DNA of 32,000 nt from Candidatus Pseudoramibacter fermentans (GTDB lineage: Bacteria; Bacillota; Clostridia; Eubacteriales; Eubacteriaceae), in contig VOGB01000004.1 of the NCBI GenBank assembly GCA_009493725.1, forward strand, positions 404,004-436,003. The letters run 5' to 3'. Below the pieces are notes generated by a model. That model was not told where the DNA came from and did no database searches. It saw only the letters and a program-made list of their open reading frames with translations. Shown here piece after piece: positions 26,342 to 32,000 of the stretch (the first letter of the stretch is position 1; each line of letters starts with the position of its first letter). Position numbers and translations under genes: made by a program.

Positions 26342-27856
26342 ATGTTAGCGAAAATATTCAGCTGCGGTCTTTTAGGAGTAGAGGGCGTGATCGTGACGGT
26401 GGAGGTGGATTTAAATTACGGTCTGCCGGGTTTCATTGTCGTCGGCCTGCCGGATGCGGGTGTCAAGGAATCCCGGGATCGGGTGTTCTCTGCGATTAAA
26501 AACAATGGGTACGCCTATCCGGACAAGAAAGTGACTGTCAATTTGGCGCCGGCCGATCTTAAAAAAGAAGGGCCGTCTTACGATCTGCCCATCGCCATCG
26601 GGCTGCTCGCGGCCTCCAATCAGCTGGAAGAGGATTTTTCGGACACGCTGTTTTTCGGTGAGCTGTCCCTCAATGGCGATCTGCGGCCGGTCCGGGGTGT
26701 GCTGCCGATGGTGCTGGCGGCCAAACGCGAGGGCTTTAAAAAGGTCGTGCTGCCTCAGGCGAATAAAACCGAGGGTGCAGTGGTGGACGGCATGGACATT
26801 CTGCCGGCTGATAACCTCAAGCAGGTGATCAATCACTTAAAAGGCAAGGCGCCGATTGCGCCTTACCAGATTGATTCTCAGGCGCTGCTTAACGAGGGCC
26901 AGGCGTCGTACCGCGTGGATTTTTCAGAAATCAAGGGACAGGACAACGCAAAGCGCGCTCTCGAAATCGCGGCGGCAGGCGGCCACAATGTGTTAATGAG
27001 TGGCCCACCGGGCAGCGGGAAGAGCATGCTGGCCAAGGCTTTTCCGTCGATTCTGCCGGCGTTGACGTTAAGCGAGGCGCTCGAAATCACGAAGATCTAT
27101 TCGATTGCGGGACTGCTAAAAGACAATATTATGACCCATCGGCCGTTCAGGTCACCCCACCACACGCTGTCCAATGTCGCCATTGTCGGCGGCGGGTCGG
27201 TGCCGAAACCGGGTGAAGTGTCGCTGGCGCACCTCGGCGTGCTGTTTCTCGACGAGCTGCCCGAATTTCAGAAGACGGCCCTCGAAGTGCTCAGACAGCC
27301 GATGGAAGATCACGAGGTGACGATTTCCAGAGTCAACGCGACGCTGACTTATCCGGCGTCCTTCATGCTGATCGCGAGCATGAATCCCTGCCCCTGTGGG
27401 TATTATGGCGATCCGACCCACAAATGCACGTGTACGAAGAACGAAATCAGGCGGTACAACAGCCGCATTTCCGGCCCGTTGCTGGACCGCATCGACATAC
27501 GCGTCGAGGTGCCGGCGGTGGACATCAAGGAGCTCGAGAGCCGGGCGCCTGGGGAATCCTCAAAGTGCATCCGCAAGCGGGTCAACCTAGCGCGGGAAAT
27601 CCAAAATGAGCGCTTTCAAAACGACGAGGGGATTTACTTCAACGCGCAGCTGGAACCCCATCTCATTGACCGCTATTGCGTGTTGGACCGGGAAGGCCAG
27701 GATTTTATCGAGATGATTTACGACAAGCTCAAGCTCTCCGGGCGGGGCTACCACCGCATTTTAAAGCTGGCCCGAACGATCGCCGATTTGGACGGCGCGG
27801 AGCAGATCGGATTGATTCACCTGTCAGAGGCGACGTCCTACCGTTCAGGGCAGTAG
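26342..27856 (+). CDS. comM: YifB/ComM family Mg-chelatase-like AAA+ ATPase
   Basis: N-terminal Lon-protease-like domain (GLPGFIVVGLPD.., SYDLPIAIGLLA), Walker A GPPGSGKSM, Walker B LFLDELPEF, the Cys cluster NPCPCGYYGD..HKCTC and the C-terminal RGYHRILKLARTIADL. Confidence 0.93.
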   Translation: MLAKIFSCGLLGVEGVIVTVEVDLNYGLPGFIVVGLPDAGVKESRDRVFSAIKNNGYAYPDKKVTVNLAPADLKKEGPSYDLPIAIGLLAASNQLEEDFSDTLFFGELSLNGDLRPVRGVLPMVLAAKREGFKKVVLPQANKTEGAVVDGMDILPADNLKQVINHLKGKAPIAPYQIDSQALLNEGQASYRVDFSEIKGQDNAKRALEIAAAGGHNVLMSGPPGSGKSMLAKAFPSILPALTLSEALEITKIYSIAGLLKDNIMTHRPFRSPHHTLSNVAIVGGGSVPKPGEVSLAHLGVLFLDELPEFQKTALEVLRQPMEDHEVTISRVNATLTYPASFMLIASMNPCPCGYYGDPTHKCTCTKNEIRRYNSRISGPLLDRIDIRVEVPAVDIKELESRAPGESSKCIRKRVNLAREIQNERFQNDEGIYFNAQLEPHLIDRYCVLDREGQDFIEMIYDKLKLSGRGYHRILKLARTIADLDGAEQIGLIHLSEATSYRSGQ

Positions 27857-27872
27857 CTTGAAGGAGGACGGC

Positions 27873-28997
27873 ATGGAAAACGCGATGATTTACGATATTT
27901 GGCTTTCATCGATTACAAATGTGTCGAATATCAAGAAAAACACACTGCTGACGGTTTTTAAAACCGCGGAGCAGATTTATACGGCATCCGCGTCAGACAT
28001 TCGCGCGACGGGATTACTCCGCGAAAAGGACATTCAAAAAATTGAGGATCAGAAAAGCTTGGCGCTGACGGAACGAGCCATGCGATTTATCGAAAAAAAT
28101 AAGATTGTCTGCATCCCGAAAAATAGTCCCCATTATCCGAGGCGGCTTGAAAAAATATACAATCCGCCGGTGATGCTCTACGCGTTGGGAAACGTCGGGC
28201 TTACTGAACGGGATTTGACCATTGGCATGGTCGGGTCAAGAAAATCAAGCCCTGGAGCGATGAAAACGGCGCGGCAGTTCGGCAGGCGGTTTTCCGAAAT
28301 AGGCATGACGGTGATTTCCGGCATGGCGGACGGGGTCGACAGCGCGGCGGCTGAGGGTGCCCTTGACGGTATCGGCTCGACGGTGGCCGTTTTCGGTTCA
28401 GGCATCGACGTCTGTTATCCGGCGGGTAATCGCGAACTTTACGAGCGCATCCGGGAGAAGGGACTGCTATTGAGCGAGTTTTTCATCGGGCAGCCGCCGA
28501 AAGCCGGGCATTTTCCGATGCGCAACCGGATCATCGCGGGTCTCTCCGACGGCGTCGTCGTGGTCGAGGCGCGGCTTAAAAGCGGGGCGTTAATCACAGC
28601 GGATCACGCCCTCGAGCAGGGCAAGACGGTTTACGCGATGCCCCAGAGCATCGGGGTAAAATCTGCGGAAGGCTCTAACCAGCTGCTCAAGGAAGGGGCC
28701 AAGCTTGTCACGGAGCCGGAGGATGTGCTCGAGGATTTTGTCGAGTTAAAGGCTGTTAAAAAAACAAAGCCTGCGCCGTCTGAGAACCCTCAGAAATCGG
28801 CACAGGCTGAAAAACAATTATCGTTATCGGAAGACGAAAAAGAGGTATTAGACGCAGTAATAAAGGGCGTAGATACCGTTGACGGGCTGGTCCAGAGACT
28901 GGACACGCCCATCGCGAAGCTCAACGCAGTGTTGATGATGATGGAGCTCAAACACCTTGTGAAGGTTTCCTACGGCCAAATTACGCTTTTAATTTAA
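27873..28997 (+). CDS. dprA: DNA-processing protein DprA (Smf)
   Basis: The track start TTG 27858 is unlikely. AAGGAGG at 27861-27867 is positioned for ATG 27873 (MENAMIYDIWL...). Rossmann-like core GSRKSS..., ISGMADGVDSAAAEGAL, GSGIDVCYP, FPMRNRIIAGLS, SGALITA, then a C-terminal winged-helix-like segment. Confidence 0.9.
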   Translation: MENAMIYDIWLSSITNVSNIKKNTLLTVFKTAEQIYTASASDIRATGLLREKDIQKIEDQKSLALTERAMRFIEKNKIVCIPKNSPHYPRRLEKIYNPPVMLYALGNVGLTERDLTIGMVGSRKSSPGAMKTARQFGRRFSEIGMTVISGMADGVDSAAAEGALDGIGSTVAVFGSGIDVCYPAGNRELYERIREKGLLLSEFFIGQPPKAGHFPMRNRIIAGLSDGVVVVEARLKSGALITADHALEQGKTVYAMPQSIGVKSAEGSNQLLKEGAKLVTEPEDVLEDFVELKAVKKTKPAPSENPQKSAQAEKQLSLSEDEKEVLDAVIKGVDTVDGLVQRLDTPIAKLNAVLMMMELKHLVKVSYGQITLLI

Positions 28998-29002
28998 TAT
29001 TT

Positions 29003-30208
29003 TTATTGCTGGCCGTTCTGTGCTTCTAAGATGGCGTCGAGGATGCAGTGGGCCACCTGGGATTTCGGCATCAGCGGCAGGGCAACGTTGCCGTTTTTGG
29101 TGATCAGGGTGACCACGTTGGTGTCGCCCTGAAAACCAGCGCCGCTCACCCGCAGATTGTTGGCGACGACCATGTCGATTTTTTTCTTTTCCAGCTTTTT
29201 CCGGCTGTTTTCAATTAAATTTTCCGTTTCCATCGAAAAGCCGCAGATAAACTGGTTGGCCTTTTTGATTTCGCCCAAACTCTTTAAAATATCGGTCGTG
29301 CGCTTTAATTCAATGGCTGGGACGCCCTTATCCTTTTTGATTTTTTCGGCAGCCGTCGTTTTTGGCGTGTAGTCGGCGACCGCAGCGGCTTTGATGATGA
29401 CGTCCTGTTCTGGCGCGGCGGAGAGCACAGCTTCGGCCATGTCCTCAGCGGATTGAATGGGAATAAAATTGACAAAGGGCACAGGCTTTAAACACGTCGG
29501 CCCGGAAACGAGGGTGACCTCCGCGCCACGCAGCATCGCGTCGTAGGCGATGGCGTAGCCCATTTTGCCGCTGGAATGGTTGGTGATGTAGCGCACCGGG
29601 TCGATGGCTTCATGAGTTGGACCGGCGGTGATTAAAATCTTTTTCCCAGTCAAATCCTTTTCGTAGGCGATTTCGCGGTAGATGTAATCCAAAAGCACGT
29701 CGGGCTGCGGAAGCTTGCCGGCACCGTTGTCCTTGCAGGCGAGAATACCGGAATCCGGCGTGATGACGTGCCAGCCGTAGTCCTTCAGAACGCTGAGGTT
29801 GTGCTGGACGATCGGATTGTTGTACATCGCGGTATTCATTGCCGGCGCGATATATTTGGGACAGGTACAGGCCAGAGCGGTTGTGGTCAGCATGTCGTCG
29901 GCGAGGCCGTAGGCCAGTTTCGCGATGATGTCGGCGGTGGCCGGTGCGATGAATAGAATATCCGCCTTTTTGGCCAGCGCGACGTGTGCGACGTTATATT
30001 GAATTGTCTTATCAAAAGTATCTGTGATACAATTATTTCCAGTCAGCGTGGAAAAGGTCATCGGCTGGATGATTTCGGTGGCGTTCGGCGTCATGATGAC
30101 GTGAACGTCACATTTCTGTTTAGCCAGGGCCGACGCGACATCGGCCATTTTGTAGGCGGCGATGCTCGCAGAAACGCCGAGAATCACCGTACGATTTTCT
30201 AAATTCAT
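29003..30208 (-). CDS. coaBC: Bifunctional phosphopantothenoylcysteine decarboxylase / phosphopantothenate--cysteine ligase
   Basis: The only real minus-strand gene. It has a flavoprotein N-domain (ILGVSASIAAYK, IAPATADIIAKLAYGLADD) and a CoaB domain (ITAGPTHEAIDPVRYITNHSSGKMG, AAAVADY). I prefer the internal ATG at 30208 (MNLENRTV...), which follows GGAGAAAGGG. The track start at 30235 would have no SD and almost no leader. Confidence 0.9.
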   Translation of the reverse strand: MNLENRTVILGVSASIAAYKMADVASALAKQKCDVHVIMTPNATEIIQPMTFSTLTGNNCITDTFDKTIQYNVAHVALAKKADILFIAPATADIIAKLAYGLADDMLTTTALACTCPKYIAPAMNTAMYNNPIVQHNLSVLKDYGWHVITPDSGILACKDNGAGKLPQPDVLLDYIYREIAYEKDLTGKKILITAGPTHEAIDPVRYITNHSSGKMGYAIAYDAMLRGAEVTLVSGPTCLKPVPFVNFIPIQSAEDMAEAVLSAAPEQDVIIKAAAVADYTPKTTAAEKIKKDKGVPAIELKRTTDILKSLGEIKKANQFICGFSMETENLIENSRKKLEKKKIDMVVANNLRVSGAGFQGDTNVVTLITKNGNVALPLMPKSQVAHCILDAILEAQNGQQ

Positions 30209-30250
30209 GTTGCCCTTTCTCCAATATTTTGGCATTATTCATTTTTCAGT

Positions 30251-30279
30251 ATTATAGCAAAAAGGCGGGGCGTATACAA
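30251..30279 (-). promoter_or_regulatory. Promoter candidate for coaBC (minus strand: TTGTAT-17 nt-TGcTATAAT)
   Basis: Read on the minus strand: TTGTAT (30279-30274), 17-nt spacer, extended -10 TGCTATAAT (30259-30251). It lies in the divergent coaBC / M48 intergenic region. Confidence 0.5.
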
Positions 30280-30319
30280 GATTGGCACGGTGAATCCGCA
30301 TTGAGAGGAGGTTTTGGGC

Positions 30320-31000
30320 ATGTACACATTAATACGCAGCAGCCGAAAAACCATCGCGCTGAAGGTTTTGAAGGACGGCACGCTGCAGGTCAAGGCACCT
30401 AAGCAGGTCAGTCAGAGCGAAATCGAGCGTTTTATAGAAGAAAAATCAGATTGGATTGCGAAACGGACCGCACAGGTTAAATCTGCCGAAGATTTTGAAA
30501 TTTCAGACGGTTCCTGGATTCGGGTGCTCGGTGTCGATATTCCGGTTTTGGCTGTGCCAGACGGCCGGTTTGAATTTAAACGCGCTGTGAAGCTGGACCA
30601 TTCTGTCATTACGATTCCAGCCGGCGCTGATCTCAAAACCGTCAAGCGCGGAATCGTCGACATTTATAGGAAGCTGGCAGAGGACATCATTCTCCAGCGG
30701 GCCGCCTGGTATGAGGCGGTAATGGACCTGCATCCGTCCAAGGTTCGGATCAATAACGCGGCCAGCCGGTGGGGCTCCTGCTCGTCAAAGAAGAGCATCA
30801 ATTTTTCGTGGCGGCTGGTTATGGCGGACGGCAAGGCCATAGATTCTGTCGTGATTCACGAGCTGGCGCACATTAAGTATATGAACCACTCGAAGGCATT
30901 TTGGAACCTGGTCGAACAATATTGTCCTGATTACAAAACACAGCGGAAAAAGCTCAATCGGCTGTCTGAAAAATTGATGGCTGAAAATTGGGATGTTTAA
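30320..31000 (+). CDS. YgjP-like / DUF45 (M48-type, SprT-like) zinc metallopeptidase
   Basis: GAGGAGG at 30305-30311 is spaced for ATG 30320 (MYTLIRSSRKTIALKV...), not the track start TTG 30314. RWGSCS and HELAHIKYMNHSKAFW (HExxH) are the DUF45 hallmarks. Confidence 0.8.
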   Translation: MYTLIRSSRKTIALKVLKDGTLQVKAPKQVSQSEIERFIEEKSDWIAKRTAQVKSAEDFEISDGSWIRVLGVDIPVLAVPDGRFEFKRAVKLDHSVITIPAGADLKTVKRGIVDIYRKLAEDIILQRAAWYEAVMDLHPSKVRINNAASRWGSCSSKKSINFSWRLVMADGKAIDSVVIHELAHIKYMNHSKAFWNLVEQYCPDYKTQRKKLNRLSEKLMAENWDV

Positions 31001-31026
31001 AAAAAACATAAAATGACAAATTCAAT

Positions 31027-31055
31027 TTGCATTTTTACTCATCCTATCATATAAT
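31027..31055 (+). promoter_or_regulatory. Sigma-A-type promoter candidate for pckA (TTGCAT-17 nt-TATAAT)
   Basis: TTGCAT 31027-31032, 17-nt spacer, consensus TATAAT 31050-31055. It predicts a leader of about 165 nt before the pckA ATG. Confidence 0.6.
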
Positions 31056-31225
31056 ACCTTGTATACACGATGAAAATATTACAAGAAAAGCCGATTGTAT
31101 CTCTGTTTTTCCGAAAAATAACCGAAACTAAACAGAAATCGCTCGGTTGTAATGAAAAAACTTGAAAATATGACGTGTATTTTTATGTATGTGATTAAAT
31201 AAATATAAATCTGAAAGGAAGACTT

Positions 31226-32000
31226 ATGTACGATTGTGATTTATCTTTTTTGGGATTAGACGGAAAAAAAGCACTCGTGAATGCAAAAGCATCAGTGTTG
31301 ACGGAAAAGGCACTCTCCCGCGGTGAAGGGCATTTGTCCGATACCGGCGCCATCGTCGTCAACACTGGCAAATACACTGGGCGTTCGCCTAAGGACCGTT
31401 TCATCGTCGACGATGAAGTCAGCCACGATAAGGTTGCATGGGGTCCAATTAATATGCCCTTTGACGAAGATAAATTTGAAGCTTTATACAAAAAGATGAC
31501 GGCTTACGTCGGCACCTTAGATGAAGTTTACGTCTTTAATGGCTACGCTGGCGCGGACAAAGATTATCAGCTGCCGATCCGCGTTATTAACCAGTACGCG
31601 AGCCAGAATCTTTTTGTTCAAAATCTGTTCATCGAACCGAAGGACGATGAAGAATCGAAACGCATCGATCCGCAGTTCACTGTGATCGCGGTTCCGGGAT
31701 TCCATTGCGATCCGGAAGTTGACGGCACCAACAGTGAAGCGGCGATCATCATCAGCTTCAAAAAGCGCGTCGTTTTGATTGCGGGCTCCCGCTACTGCGG
31801 AGAAATCAAAAAATCGATTTTCTCTGTCATGAATTTCCTGCTGCCGCAGAAGGATGTTTTGACGATGCACTGTTCGGCCAATATGGACGACGACGGCCGG
31901 ACCGCATTGTTCTTCGGCCTTTCCGGTACGGGCAAAACGACGCTATCCGCCAATCCTGAACGCGGTCTGATCGGCGATGACGAACACGGCTGGAGCGACA
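31226..32000 (+). CDS. pckA: Phosphoenolpyruvate carboxykinase (ATP), N-terminal ~258 codons; 3' end outside window
   Basis: Not in the supplied ORF track because there is no stop in the window. My translation from ATG 31226 (AAAGGAAG upstream) runs open to the window end: MYDCDLSFLGLDG...NTGKYTGRSPKDRFIV...GLSGTGKTTLSANPERGLIGDDEHGWSD. That includes the kinase-1a P-loop and the LIGDDEHGW block of ATP-dependent PEPCK. Confidence 0.95.
   Translation, partial: MYDCDLSFLGLDGKKALVNAKASVLTEKALSRGEGHLSDTGAIVVNTGKYTGRSPKDRFIVDDEVSHDKVAWGPINMPFDEDKFEALYKKMTAYVGTLDEVYVFNGYAGADKDYQLPIRVINQYASQNLFVQNLFIEPKDDEESKRIDPQFTVIAVPGFHCDPEVDGTNSEAAIIISFKKRVVLIAGSRYCGEIKKSIFSVMNFLLPQKDVLTMHCSANMDDDGRTALFFGLSGTGKTTLSANPERGLIGDDEHGWSD

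Noticed and set aside
26342-28997. comM-dprA as part of a larger competence or novel DNA-uptake island.
   Set aside because: Both are ubiquitous single-copy recombination and transformation helpers that are commonly adjacent. No com pilus or channel genes, and no mobile-element hallmarks, flank them.
30320-31000. The DUF45/YgjP-like peptidase as a marker of a restriction-modification or defence locus.
   Set aside because: Such genes sometimes accompany type I R-M operons. Here the neighbours are coaBC and pckA, and no hsd, methylase, nuclease or helicase genes are present.
31070-31084. cre (CcpA) site candidate TGAAAATATTACA in the pckA leader.
   Set aside because: It lacks the central CG and the 3' C of the cre consensus (TGWAANCGNTNWCA), and it is one nt short of the 14-mer palindrome.
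31195-31870. Two minus-strand ORFs (31195-31491 and 31517-31870) listed in the track.
   Set aside because: They are antisense to the clear ATP-PEPCK reading frame, which is open from 31226 to the window end.
1-32000. Scan for CRISPR repeats, IS or transposon inverted repeats, integrases, tRNA/rRNA genes, toxin-antitoxin pairs and abrupt compositional islands.
   Set aside because: None was seen. Intergenic regions are short (228 bp or less) and are explained by promoters and terminators. Coding composition looks uniform by eye. Repeat detection by eye is limited, so a computational self-dot-plot would be the decisive check.

Overview
Verdict: I find no support for a new biological system in this window. 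The findings below are modest regulatory or architectural oddities, not a hidden system.

This is a densely packed, almost entirely plus-strand housekeeping region of a Bacillota (Firmicutes) chromosome. By gene content it looks Clostridia-like, for example the ispH-S1 fusion and the fhs/folD/fchA C1 genes. That attribution is inference only.

Gene order:
- C1-folate block: fhs (5' truncated by the window edge), folD, fchA-like cyclohydrolase/cyclodeaminase and larB, followed by a terminator.
- dcw cell-division/cell-wall cluster: rsmH, ftsL-like, class B PBP with two PASTA domains, murF, mraY, murD, ftsW, murG, ftsQ/divIB, a 209-bp gap, ftsZ.
- Then nrdR, a Nudix ADP-ribose pyrophosphatase and lysA.
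- A tightly coupled string: M50 site-2 protease family, scpA, scpB, rluB-type pseudouridine synthase, YtqB/MnmM-type methyltransferase, BaiN/YhiN-type flavoprotein, cmk, plsC.
- ispH-S1 fusion with two terminators, then comM (yifB) and dprA.
- Convergent coaBC, the only minus-strand gene.
- A DUF45/M48-type metallopeptidase, then pckA (3' truncated and missing from the ORF track because it has no in-window stop).

Every ORF of useful length belongs to a well-known housekeeping family. I saw no rRNA, tRNA, CRISPR array, transposase, integrase, phage gene or defence-type gene. All long minus-strand ORFs other than coaBC are frame shadows of plus-strand genes.

All calls rest on reading the translations and the DNA by eye. 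No database search was run.
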